Assembly (NCBI GenBank): GCA_043228905.1
Contig: JBHGNT010000011.1
Span: 806,001-870,000, forward strand
Source: Azolla caroliniana
Taxonomy: Eukaryota > Plantae > Polypodiophyta
Direction of reading: 5' to 3'
DNA: 64,000 nucleotides
Each line of letters starts with the position of its first letter. The first letter of the stretch is position 1. This document shows positions 21,192 to 34,012 of the stretch, one piece after another. The notes under the pieces were generated by a model that was not told the DNA's origin, did not search any database, and was given only the letters and a program-made list of their open reading frames with translations. The position numbers were made by a program, and so were the translations under genes.

Positions 21192-23597
21192 TCATGAAAA
21201 TCTAATCCCTGCCTCATTAAAGGACATAAGAAGCTTTATAAAGTCATCTTGCGTGAGTTTCACAGACCTTTTATTCTCAAAGCCTCCCGTTAACAGGGTA
21301 CCAATCACTCTCTCTTTAAGCTGTAAAAGCTGTTCAACACTTTTAATAACATTATCATTCCTTGTATCTAGCACTCCATTGCAAGCACTCACATCATCAT
21401 CATCATCAACATCATCATCAGCATCAGCATCAGCCTCATCGGGAGATTCTCCCACTATAGATTCATCATCGGAATCTAGTACTCCTCCAGACTTTTGTCC
21501 AGCGAGCAATGAAATCACACGCTTTTGCCGGAATATTGCACCCAAGGTTTTGTTCTTTCTGCTGAAGCAAATCCGGATGAAATTATCCCACTCTTTACGA
21601 TCCACTGGAAGGAGAGAAGATCGTGGAGTGATGCAAACCACAGATGAATCAACTTTCGGAGGAGGAGAGAAATTTGCCTTGCTAACTTCCATTATAATGT
21701 CGACTTTAGCTAAGAGCTGAGTGTTCACTGAAAGGCGACAAAAATGTGGATCACCAGCAGTTGCAATTAGTCGCTTCGCAAACTCTCGTTGTAGCATTAG
21801 AACTGCTGATCGAAACCTTTCTGTGCAGTTCAATAGTTTGAATGTGAGAGGAGAAGATATCTTATAAGGGATGTTTGCCACACACATATCAAATTTCGGA
21901 AGCTCCATTCGCATTATATCACCTTTAATAATCTGCACATGAGAAAACCTACAATTAGCAGAATTCATTAGACAAGGTCTGATTCTCAACCATTTTTTGA
22001 TTATCCAATGCAACATGGTTTTGCAGGAAATAGTGATAACGTTTGAAAGAACATGCATGTCCTGAACATCTAAAAGAGAGTGATCCACTTCAATTCTGAT
22101 CATGATCCATTCTTTTTATCTAAAATTTGGGATCAGTTTGAAGCTCTCCACTGTGTCCTGTATCATCCTTGCGAACTATTATTCGAAATCCACATGACAG
22201 AAAATGTGTCAGTGGGATGGAACCTTACAGCATCCATTCTATTAGCATATGTACTGAGGGTCATTTCAGACAAAAGTCCACAAATGGCACAACATTGCAG
22301 AAGGCCTGACCGTCAAATTGAAAAGACTGAGAGACCATTGAAAAACATGTTCTATGAAACTATTCATGTTTCTGTTCTACTGCATCTAAAGATTCATATC
22401 AACAAGATGCCTCATTCTTTCTGAAATATTGCGAAGCTCCCTTTGGAGATATTTCTAACTTCCATTTCAAAATCTACGGCCAATTTCAAAAGGTCACAAA
22501 TGGAAATAAGTCTCAAATTTACGGCCAATTTCAAAACTCGGTTTTGTTCCTGAACACTGATCCAAGGAAATAAATTTATCAGCATCCATTATCAAGTTTC
22601 AAATCCAAATTTTACTTCCCAATTAGAAGCAAAGAAACCAGCAAGCAAAAATCAAGACTGAAGGTCCACGACTATAGCTGACAATAGAGATAAAAATATA
22701 AAATGGTGGCAAAAAATAAGTTCTGCCAAGGCTTCCAACCACATACTCTTTTTTACTCCTTCACCTTCTATTCAAACAAATGAAGCGAAGAATCTAATGT
22801 TCGAGTTGGCATTCTAATAATAAAGGCGACCAGGAAAGAGGTAAGTCATTGCACATCTCTAGTTTCTTCTTGTTTCTAGTCCTTTGAACTTTATTGAACC
22901 AACTAAAGCAAAGAATCAGATCTTACAATTGGTATATTCATTCATAATTACACTACACGCAGTTCCTTTTTATCCAACATTCCAAGGGAACAGTTTTTCG
23001 TTTATTCTGAAGACTGAAAAGGGTGAATAACGCACAAAGTCAAAGATTGCAAGTCCAAATCCTACCAGAATCAATCGCTTTCTACCAACATTACCAGAGA
23101 GAAGAAAAATCATAATTTACCTCTAGTTTTCCTGCGAATTCAGTCTGTTGAGCTCGTCTTTGTAGCTCTTCCACCATGCGAGGATCAACTTCAACAGCAA
23201 TAACTTTCTTTGCAATCTCAAGAAGTCTTAGGGTTAGGTTCCCTGTACCTGGTCCGATCTCAAGCACCACATCATCGCTTCTAATACAAGATTTTTCCAC
23301 AATTGCTTCCACAATGTGAGCATTCTTGAGCAAATGCTGACCTTTCCCTTTTCTGCAGACAACAGGCAATGCTGGAGGTAAAGAAGAAACTCCACCGCCG
23401 CAACGGAGCTTCCATACCTCGTTTTCTCGTTCGATCCTCCGCATTTGCTCGTCGTTGTAGGAATCCTGGGTGTTAGGGTTTCTTCCATGGAGAGATCGGT
23501 TTCTGGCTTTACTGCTGTATCGTGCTTTTGTCTGTGAAATGAAGCTATGAAACCTAGGGTTTTGGTGGGAGAGCCAGGTGGCGCGGAGCTTCGCCAT
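21192..23597 (-). CDS. rRNA adenine N6-dimethyltransferase (Dim1/KsgA), probably the mitochondrial DIM1B type, 2 exons, ~405 aa
   Basis: Exons 23597-23121 and 21932-21192 (phase 0, GT-AG). Motifs GQHLL, VLEIGPGTGNLT, VEVDPRM, CVANIPYKISSP, FSPPPKVDSSVV; R/S-rich N-terminal presequence MAKLRATWLSH... Confidence 0.93.
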
Positions 23598-23709
23598 GGA
23601 TGGATGGATGGCTGCGCTCTCTGTGACACAGTCGAGAAACCCTACAACATGCCCCTCCATTTTTGTTAATTCCCAACATGCCCCTGGCCCACAGGGCCCT
23701 GATTCGGCT

Positions 23710-23750
23710 GGAACCGAACCGAACCGAACCGAACCGAACCGAACCGAACC
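23710..23750 (+). repeat. (GAACC)n pentamer array within an AACCG-rich MITE-like element upstream of the Dim1 gene
   Basis: About 8 tandem GAACC units; reverse-oriented CGGTT units at ~23855-23871. Confidence 0.7.
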
Positions 23751-25101
23751 ATTAAGACATGGTTTAATGTTCGATAGGTTCGAAAATAATCAAATAAGTC
23801 TGGGCTCGTTTTCAAATATCATTAAATGGTTTTGTTGGTTTCAATTACAAATAAACGGTTCGGTTTCGGTTCTCAAACTAAGGTTTATTTGTTTTCAACA
23901 TACCTGTAAGTTCAAACCTAGGTTTTCAGTATAAACCCTAGGGATTGTATCTGGATCATCAATGACCCAACGGTCACCTGCCATGACTGAATATGATCAT
24001 GTCTCTCTACCCCCTAATTGATACCATTAATTGATGGTACATGTATGCTCGTGACATGTCCCCAAATCCAAGTATTGTACCTTTCCCATTGGAAATAAAG
24101 ACCATTGTGCTCCTGACTTTTGTCCTCCCATGCGGACGTGTCTTGTGCACAATCTTTCCACTTGATCATAAAACTTTGGATCGGAACCAACCAAGATGAT
24201 TCGAGTTGATGTGGTTGAAAACCTCAATCCTTGAGATTTGGACCATAGTTTTGTCGAAAGGTGGATACAAACGATCACTTAATCCCATGTTAACAATCTC
24301 CCAAAGAATGGGCATGCATTCAATGTAATTATTATTCCACGTGCGAAATAGGAACATCTTTTTTCCCTTATTTGAGCATACATGTAATGGTTTATAAATT
24401 TCTCTTTTGTCCGCAATATGGAAAGTCAAGTTGTCGATACAATCTCATAACTCTTAGTAAGAAAGGAAAATCTCTATTCCCCACTTTTTCGTATTTGAAT
24501 ATACTTTGTAATGATTCACTCATTTAATGATTTGTACATTTCTCTTTAGTAACACAAGGCAAGAAACAAGCTAACCTCTTGAGTCTTATCTATAATTAGC
24601 TTGTGATCTTTACATCCGTATGTAACCCAAAACAATTATTCATATAATTGGACAAATTAATAATGCAAAGAAATCTGTCTTCATGGATAGGAATCTAGCT
24701 ATTTTAGTGACATTGGCAACAACCCTAAATAATTCCATGTGTTTGGAAGGGAAATATGAAATAAAACCACTGAAGTACTCTCCCATTTGATTGGGTATAT
24801 AAAGAGGATGAGGCATTAGATCGTGATATACGTAACATAAGTTTGCATGTTACCAGAACCCACTGACTCACCAAAACCAAAATAGCCACCAGAGATAGTC
24901 TTCATGAATGTTTTCATTCCCATTTCAAAGTTCAAGCAAAACAAATCGATAATAGACAAAGAAAACCAGCAGAAATCATTGTGATTGAATTAGAAATTGT
25001 TATATAATCTTTATTCTCCATGGGTCTTATTACGATCAATCAAAGTTAGCGGATCGCTAACAAATACAAGAATATGATCTTCAAATAATGACAAGGTGAA
25101 C

Positions 25102-26740
25102 TTATGGGGCTCCAGATTCAACCCCTAAGGCTTCCCATAGTTTAGAATCTTTGTAATCTTTTATCACAAATGCGGCACCTGCCTTGAGGAGAGATTCTTC
25201 CGGATTTCTGGTTGATACTCCGACTGCAGCAATCCCAGCAGCAACTGCAGAACTGAGCCCAGTGGCAGAATCCTGATATATAATGAGAGAAAGAATCGTC
25301 GAAACAAATAAATAACCATTCGAATAATAAAAATTTGAAAACATGCCAGCAATATCAGGTAGGTGTCACAATTATTCAGCATATAACTACCATACTCGAC
25401 AAAACAAAACCATAGTGTAATGATAATCAAAACCGAATAGTTAGTAATAAAATAAATATATATATCCAAGACTCTAAAATATACATACATACATACATTT
25501 ATCAAAGACTCTCTTTATATACTCTGGAAAGCACAAAACCAATAGTTCTATCAACCAAGAGACATAAAACCATCTTTTCCATTGATCATGAAACCTATAA
25601 CCACCTTTTCTAGTGATCATAACACTCAGAGAATTACCTCTAGGACAAATGCTTCATGGGGTGAAATCCCAAAGTGCTTAAGAGCCTTCTGATACGGATC
25701 TGGATATGGCTTTGACCTTTCACATTCACCTCCAACGATTATAATCTCGAAGAAAGATGAAAGACCAAGCAATGATACCATAAGTTCTGCATTTTTACGG
25801 GGTGCATTGGTCACGGCAGCGCGTTTAAGACCTTCTTTCTCCACCCATCTACAAAGATCATCTAAGCCGTCGACAGGTTTTAGCTGCTCAGCAGCATGCC
25901 TAGATGTAACCAAAAATTTCCATTAATAAACAGGTAACCCTGCCTAACAGTATATTGCAATCCTATTATTATGATGTAAAAGACATTGTGATATATTTAT
26001 ATTTGGCTTTTTCACCTGCAAAAAAGTTCCTCTTTATCCCGCAGGAACTTATCACGTTTATCCTGGGCCCAATCTGGAAAAAGTTTGATACCAAGGTAAT
26101 GATTCTCTCCACCGGATATGTTGTTTATAAAGAACTCTTCTGTGATGGGTACTCCACCTTGGAATCCTACCTACAGCCATGACAACAGTGGAGGTATCAG
26201 ATTGTCTATAGATAGAGATTTCCAATTTCTGTCCATAACTGTCATAAACATGCATTTGGTGAATACAACTGAAGGTTTTATAGCCATATGCCATAAATGA
26301 GTGTCATGAATACATGTAATGGACAGAAAAAATATGTATCCCTGTGACAGGAAAAACATTTTCTTTGCCTGCATAGGTTAGTTAACAAGAAGTAGAAATA
26401 TAGATAGGAAGTCATCGGGTGGAGCAGTGTCAACCTAAGGAATACATTTTTAGACATGGGCAACGATATGTAGCATTCCTTGTATCACTCAAGAAATGCA
26501 TGGAACCATTGAAGAAAGGTACACTATAATTACCCCCCACTTATTGCCTACATACCAACGTCATACAACTTAGGTTTCTCACTGTCATAGACCTCAAATG
26601 GAAGAAAGGAGAAAGCATACCTCTTGCAGCATGTCTCTAAATGCAAGATAGTGCAATGGATCCGAATCACATAGAGTTCCATCGATATCAAACAATACAG
26701 CCTTAAGTATTTCGCCTGACGGGAAACTTATGGCTCCCAT
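25102..26740 (-). CDS. HAD-superfamily hydrolase, Sgpp-like sugar phosphatase, 4 coding exons, ~235 aa
   Basis: Exons 26740-26621, 26170-26016, 25899-25638, 25272-25102 total 708 nt in frame. Motif I FDIDGTLCDSD, VTNAPRKNAE, KPYPDPY, E-DSATG. A probable 5' UTR exon ends near 27319. Confidence 0.93.
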
Positions 26741-27564
26741 CACCTTTGATCTGCCAATACAGGAATAAGCACAGCAATGAAACATGTTTTGATTCTATAA
26801 CATTCATGATAAGAAGATTCTATGTGTCTCTGTATGTATATAGAGAATTTTGATAGTTGTATTAACTTTGCACATGCATCTGATGTATGATACGGCATAT
26901 ATAGTCACTATACATAACTTCCATGTTTCAAAGACCATTGTTTTTGCAAATAGATAAACATATACATCCTAAAAACATCAAAAGAAACTTGCCTCTAGTC
27001 TCTCTCTCTCTCTCTCCCTCTCTATATATATAACTCCATCTTTCAAACATCACTGCTTTTGCAAACAGATCACCATATCCTTCAAACAATCACAATACAT
27101 TTCTCTCCAGTCTCCGTTCATAAAACAATCATTAAGAAAACCCCATTGCTTCAAACAAATGAACAGATCCTTCTACAATTTAACTCCAAAAACAGAGCAT
27201 AACAGAAACCCCACTCCACTCTTTTTCTCCCTCTCTCCCTCTCTAATCCAAAAACTTGGGCTTTATTCCAAGCCTCTCAATGAAAGGCTGATGATCCCAG
27301 AGGAAGAAGAAAACATACCTCGGTAGTCCTTCTTCTTCTTCTTCCTTCCTTCCTTCCTTCCTTCTTTACTTTCTTCTCCCTCTTTGTGGGTGGTCTGTAG
27401 CAAAACAGAGCAATAAAGTGCAAATCTTACTGCAAAAAAAAAAGGCTGCTCTTTCTTTGGTTCTTTGATTTGCCTTTCTACTTGAATATGCTTTTAAATT
27501 CCTTCTCATTTATCTCGACCACCCGATCACTCGAACACCGAATGTGGTCTGCACTACTCGACTC

Positions 27565-27835
27565 AAGCCTGAACCGAACCGTTTAACCATTTAAAAATGG
27601 TTTGGCGGTTTTGTGGTTCGGTTTACACTTGAGCTTCCTTAACCGGTTTGAGCTCGGTTTGGGATAGCTCAAGCCGAACCGAAGATTTGCGCCAAACTAG
27701 TTTCCAAACTGGTCAAGACTTCATCGGCCTGGCTAAATCGGTTAAGGATTGATCAGTTTGGCCAAACCGGTTAGCCTTGACTAGTTTAGGAACCGGTTCA
27801 GCTCAAGTTTGGAAACGCTCAAACCGGTTTAGCTG
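27565..27835. repeat. AACCG/CGGTT-rich MITE-like element upstream of the HAD gene
   Basis: Many AACCG, CGGTT and AACCGGTT motifs, similar in character to 23700-23940. Confidence 0.5.
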
Positions 27836-28054
27836 ATCCCTTCTTTCTCCTGTGTCTTGCTAGTGTTATACCAATCATGGTATGGTGTCGTCATTTTCTC
27901 GACTACTACATTATAGAGCTTTCCACAATTCTTAGAACATTGGAACAGGTAACTTGAACCCCACTTGGCGGTTGCTCTAGGGGATGACATATAACATTAT
28001 TTAGTAACAATTTTGGAGGAGAGGAAAGGGACGGTATGTAACAAAGATGATACA

Positions 28055-28057
<3 letters not shown>

Positions 28058-28107
<50 letters not shown>
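28058..28107 (+). repeat. (AG)n microsatellite
   Basis: About 25 perfect AG units. Confidence 0.95.
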
Positions 28108-28109
<2 letters not shown>

Positions 28110-29045
28110 CATGTAGGTGTGTCAAAAGTAATGAGGACAAGAGAACGTGTTATTGGAGTGCGAAAAGCACAAAGCACATACATGGTCGTCAAGTTTTTTT
28201 CGTCAAAAGTGGTTAACCAATTATGTAGTTTCCTCCATTATGGTGTGAAACGTGCTCTTATTGCAAGCATCTCATAATTTTCCCCACTCATGAAGAGAAA
28301 AACATGAAGGATCTTTGAGGGTTAACATGGAAACACGAAGAAGATGTCAAAAACATAAATGTAAATTTGATGCTTAAGGTTGGGGCTTCTTTTTGTCACC
28401 TTCTGCATAAAGTTCCCATTGTTATATAATGAAACACTTTTACGGTAAAGACAGAATCATCAAAGACCTTTTGGAGGTGAACATGGAATCAAAGGAGAAT
28501 ATGTTGATCTCTCACATTAATGTGTTGCATTGATAAAAGAAGCTTGGCAACTTTTTTCTCTAGGTACAAAATGTCACACTAACTGTTAACATATTATTAT
28601 GTCAAGAGTGTGATAAACACGGTAAATGTTTGTGGCATGAGAATTGAAATTAGTTACCCCCTTTTTTAGAGAACCAACTAAGGATATCTTGGAGTGAAAT
28701 GTAGAGTGTAAACAATGAGAACATTTTGATCATTGTAGAGTTGACACAAGTGTAGTATGTTTATATACATGCAATATCCAATGTAGTGCATTATATCCAT
28801 TAATTATGTATGGCCCAAAATTGGCTTATAGAAATTGTGTCTTTGCTAAATATTATGTTATTTTATGTGGTCCACACACTAACAAAAGTGTGAATTTTTT
28901 TAATAAAATTGTCTTCAAATTGAACAACATATATGCCAAGCATATATTGCACACGGAATCATTTCAATAGTCACATTTTGCCTTTCCAATACAAACCCTA
29001 TGATCGTATGCATATTTCATTCCAACTTTTCTGCTTAAGCCGTGG

Positions 29046-29304
29046 GTTATAACCATAGTACGTAACATACTCGAATGCATTTGCAAACATTCTTTTCATA
29101 CGTTTGCAAACGAATGTGTATGTTAACACATGTTCTGTTTTTTTACGTTTTTTACCTTAAAAAAAGTTTTACCTTATAATAAATAATGAATACAAAAGTA
29201 TTTTATTCACCATATTTTGAGGGTGTTTACCATACTCGAATGATCGAAACATGCTCAAATGCGCATGCACATATGGTATGTATGGTTCATATTATGGTTA
29301 TAAC
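29046..29304. mobile_element. Putative MITE (~260 bp) with imperfect ~25-bp terminal inverted repeats
   Basis: GTTATAACCATAGTACG... at the left end vs ...CATATTATGGTTATAAC at the right end; no clear TSD. Confidence 0.45.
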
Positions 29305-30156
29305 AATGTCCAACAAGGGGTTATTCTTTTCTTCTTGTAAATTAATGCTCCTTTTATCATTGGCCTTCTATGTTCAATTCTTCAATCAGTTCTTAAGAAA
29401 CAACAATATTGCTTCTCTCTCGACAATAAATACTCGCCCTTTGTTGAAGTTACTTGGAGGTTTAGCTTTCTTAGCCACTACTATTCTATACTAAAAATTA
29501 TGATTAACCTTCCATATCATATTTTGATAGGATACACGTGCACTCTAAATAGTGTGACTTATCAAACACGACGCAATTCTCTTGGACGTTAAGCATTTAG
29601 TTGTTGTCCCAAGGAGAATGCATCCAGGTGACTCAAGGAGTTGCCTACAATTGGGTAACCTCTAGCATTCAAAGAGTAACCATGAACATCTCGCCAAAGC
29701 TTTGAATCTTCCAAATGATGTATTCATAAGTAAATTCCAAGAAATTAAATATGATTCTTACGTATTATAGTTTTCATGGTAAATGCAATGCATCCACTTT
29801 TGGATGGATGAGTGTTCCTCAGAGAGAATGCAAACACTATTCTTGGAAATCTAAGAAAAAAAAGAAAAGAAGCACAAGATTACACATCTATCTCCCCAAT
29901 TTATTTCCATATTACATGAGGAACTCCTATTTTTAAGACGACAAGCAAACATGATCAACTCCTGCATTTGGTATTGCCCCAAATCAAAGAAAAGTTTATG
30001 AAAAATCAACAGAGAAACTTGCGACGCCAACCGTGGTTAGCTTATGATCAAAACCCGCACCTATATATTGATAATGCCATATACAAAGACAAGTTTACAA
30101 GAACATGCAGGGTTGGATGAATCAATACCAAAGTTTGACGACCCACCCACCCATGG

Positions 30157-33100
30157 TTAGTTTCTGGACAAAAGCTTTTGTGCAAACAGCCTCTTGGTTA
30201 TCCAAAATATCAGCAAATCTGCAGAAATCTTCTTTTCATCTATAAGGAATGGCTCAACAGTGCTAGGTGGTGATCCATGTGATGCGAGGGAGAAACCCCT
30301 TGACCCTGGAATAGAAGTAGAAATCCAATTATGTTTCTTCTAGAATCACATGTTTGTATGCATGTATATGTAATTGTGTGTGTAAGTATGTTTATGTATG
30401 CATATTTATAAGTGTATGTATGTGTGCGCGCGTGTGAGTAGATGGTGGTGATCCATATGTACACATATGTATCTATCCACATGTGTAAGTATGTTTACGT
30501 ATGTATATATATGTGTATGTATGCGTATGCGTGTGCGTGTGTGCGTATATATGTGTGTGTGTGTGTGTGTGTGTATGCATGTGGATGCATGTATATGTTT
30601 GTGTATGCATGCATGCATATATAAATATGTGTGAATATCTATGCATATCTGTATATATGTATGTATATAATATCACAGAGAATCTTAATTTAGAGATAGA
30701 TAAAAGATTCGCGATACCTTCAAGTTTGCCATCAGGGAAGAATGCCCAGAATGCATAGGTGACCTCATTCTTAACAAAGCTCCCTTCCAACTGTTGCAGC
30801 CAAATAAAGACTCGTGGGATTAGATGAGGAAATCATCGTTGCAGGAGGATACGAAACATGTATGGATAGATAGCTGTATAGATACCTGATTCTGTCGGAA
30901 CAGAAGTTCGACATTTGCAATATCATCTTCTTTCTCAAGGATATTTTTTAGTTTGGGAATAACGTCTTCATTCATTATCTCTGGCAAGAGCTTAGCCAAA
31001 GCCTTCTTAACATCTGGCTTAGTGGAAGCAGCCTTTGCTGCTGGTTTAGATACAGTAGCATCAGCATTTGCAGCAGGTTGGCTTTTCGGTGAGCTCGGAG
31101 TGCTTTTCGATGAGCTCAGACTGCTTGCATCATCTGAAAGAATTTCTATATAAATTGTGATCTTACCCAAGGGAAATCAAAAGAACCACATCAAATAAGC
31201 TAAACACTATTCAATCAGCAATATAGAAGAAAACTATGAAATTGTGATAACCCAAAACATGAACACATCGTGTCCTTACATGAAAGTAATTGGAACAGAA
31301 CAATGAAATTAGCTGACATCAGTCTATTCTATAAAGAATAGGGAAAAAAAGTATGAACCTGTGATTGTGATTTTGTTGTTAAACCCGCCTTTCCCATCTT
31401 CTGCTGTTGGCTTATCAGGGGAATGAACCCTCTTACCATCTACAATGAATTTATATTCATAAGTTCCAGGAGAAAGTTTCTGTTTCAAGGAAACAAGGAA
31501 ATCAAAGTTATGATTATGATATTTATACAAGTTTTGGACTCGCATATATTACTAGGATATAGCAGGAACAATGTTGTGTAAAAGTTAAATTATTATTTAA
31601 GTACATGGGAACATGTGTGCAAGAAGGAATAAAGGATAATCACTGTTTCTAATGATAATGTGTTCGTGATCGTTGACATAAACAATTGTTTCATTCATTT
31701 ACTTAAAATGTATTTGTGAGTGTAGATCTAAGCATATAACCGTATTCGTTGGCATTAGTAAAAATGTATTTATCAGTGTCAATCTAAGTAAAGAGGAATA
31801 CACATCCAACTGAAACAAGTCCATGTAGTATAGTACCACTCCTTACCCCCTCTTTCAACAAGTCTCATTTCTGAAAATAAGCACTATGCAAATAACTATG
31901 GATTCATTTGTAAAAAGGCATATGGATACATACAATCAAAGTAATCCAGGATTGAATGGTACATCTACACCTTCACTCCTGCCCCCTCTTTCGACGAGTT
32001 TCAAATTACTTGTCAGTTCCTTGACCTATGCAAAACGTTTTGTGTACCCATTTTCAGTACTCCATGGAACTCTCTCATAATAGTCTTAGTATTTATCCAT
32101 TTTTCTCTCCATTATAGAAAATAAAGAATGGTTTCTTTTTCTCTTCTTTAAGTTCCTCGACCTGCGAAGCTCATCTCTGATGCATGATGGTAGCCTTGCA
32201 TAGATGCATCGAACTCAACATTCAATCTACATTTAGGCAGGAAAGAAAGACAGAGAGAAAGTTTGCCTGTTTGGCATAGAAAGCACCATCGCTGCCTTTG
32301 AGTAATGGAACATTCGAGTCCCATCCAATGAAGTCCCCCGTGAGTTGGACCTCTGTGGCCTCACCGTTCCATATGAAATCTACCTCCTGTAAAACCACTG
32401 TTCCACATGCCATCACATTTCCCATCACAATTTAAAGAATACTATTCCTCTCGGGTGTTTACATATGAATCATCATCAAAACCTAGAAATCATTTATGAT
32501 GGAAGGAAATTGGAAGCACCCCATATGTTGCAATCACAATGAAGTATTCAGAAATAGAGATCATGTACCGGGCAAATAAAGATGACTTCTATTGGCCATT
32601 TACATATCAAAGAGCATCATGAAAAACTATTTAATTATGAAGAAACATAATGAAAATGTACACAGAGACGTCGGAAAGATACTCCACTTCTGTCCTTCAA
32701 TGATGGTAGATCTTTTTGGGATGCCAGCCAAGATGGCTGTTCTCTCTGCCAATCACTTGAGAATCACATCTCTATGTATATTTGTTTATATTAATGAATG
32801 GATATCTTATTTTAAAAATAAAATAAAAATGTAGGAAGCTTGAATTTGAGCATATCCCAGAAAGTAGAGATCATGTTGGAAGTGTAAAACCTCAAGAAGA
32901 GGTGGAAACCCACAAACCATAGAGAAGTTCCACGATATCTTTAAGTATAACACGCAAGCAGTCTAGACAATCACTGTGAATTCATGAACATAATAAAGAG
33001 ACGAAGAAGCCGAGGGTTTGACTATAATAGATTTGGTTGCTGAACAACCAAAGTGTCTATAGAGTTGAGAATCTAGTATTAATCTGATTGAAAAAATATG

Positions 33101-33579
33101 CATATGGTTGCAACGAGATAGATCATACATATGACCTATTTGATAAGGATCATGAGGCTAGGTTATACAATGTAACGTGTACTGAAGGTCTGGAATTCAA
33201 TACAATTCAATTCAATTCATCGCAAATAGCGAGCGCATAGGTACTCAAACTGCAAGCCCAATGCAGAAGGCTAGGGATCGCTTATAAACCCACATAAAAT
33301 TAATCATATTTTGCCTATTTTTTGAGGATGGAGAAGTTTCTTACAAGTGGATGTGGCAGCAGCAGATGATTCTTGGCCCGAGGCAGCGGCAGCGGCAGGC
33401 GAAAAGAGGAGTCGCCCACATCCCAGAGTAGAGAAAAGAGGGTTAGGCCGTATGGCCTTCTTCACTTGCAGACTCCTCGCAGGGCTGGAGCATGGAAGGT
33501 TAGCCTGAATGAGGAGGTGGGCATGTACAAGAAGAGGTAGAGCTGAAGAATTCAATCGGGATATGAAGCAAGAAGCCAT
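30157..33579 (-). CDS. Plastid-targeted CBM48 (AMPK-beta/glycogen-binding) plus DUF2996/NdhV-like protein, 6 exons, ~322 aa
   Basis: Exons 33579-33345, 32397-32267 (GC donor), 31479-31359, 31145-30886, 30790-30718, 30305-30157 total 969 nt with consistent phases. Transit peptide MASCFISRLNSS...; CBM48 FIWNGEATEVQLTGDFIGW...LSPGTYEYKFIVDG...FNN; NdhV-like FWAFFPDGKLEGSRGFSL...STVEPFLIDEKKISADLLIFWITKRLFAQK. Confidence 0.88.
30350..30670. repeat. Intronic (TG/TA/TATG)n low-complexity tract
   Basis: Alternating purine-pyrimidine repeats filling the last intron of the CBM48-NdhV gene. Confidence 0.9.
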
Positions 33580-33774
33580 GATGAAGACAGGCTAGGCTGC
33601 AGGAGGAAAAAAGGTTCTTTGAGTGGGAGATAGAGCCTTCTTCTCTTTCTCCCTTTCCAGGATGCATCATCAATCCATGGATCACCATTTTGTGAGTGGC
33701 TCTGCCTTTTTTGCTCCCTTCCTTCCTTTATCCAAACCAACAAACCCCCATGGACATACACCACTCTGGTCTTG

Positions 33775-34012
33775 GTCTTGGATGGGATGTATGTATCTAT
33801 GTATGTAGTGTATGTATGTATGTATGTATGGATGGATGGATGGATGGATGTATGTATGTATGTAATGTATGTATGTATGCATGCCTAGGTCTTGGATGAG
33901 ATGTATGTATTGTATGTATGTATGCATAGTTCTTGGATGAGATGTATGTATTGTATGTATGTATGTATGCATAGGTCTTCGATGGGATGTACGTAGTGTA
34001 TGTATGTATGTG
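33775..34012 (+). repeat. Compound (TATG/GATG)n microsatellite with a higher-order repeat
   Basis: TCTTGGATG(A/G)GATGTATGTA-like unit recurs about 4 times between (TATG)n runs, upstream of the CBM48-NdhV gene. Confidence 0.85.
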
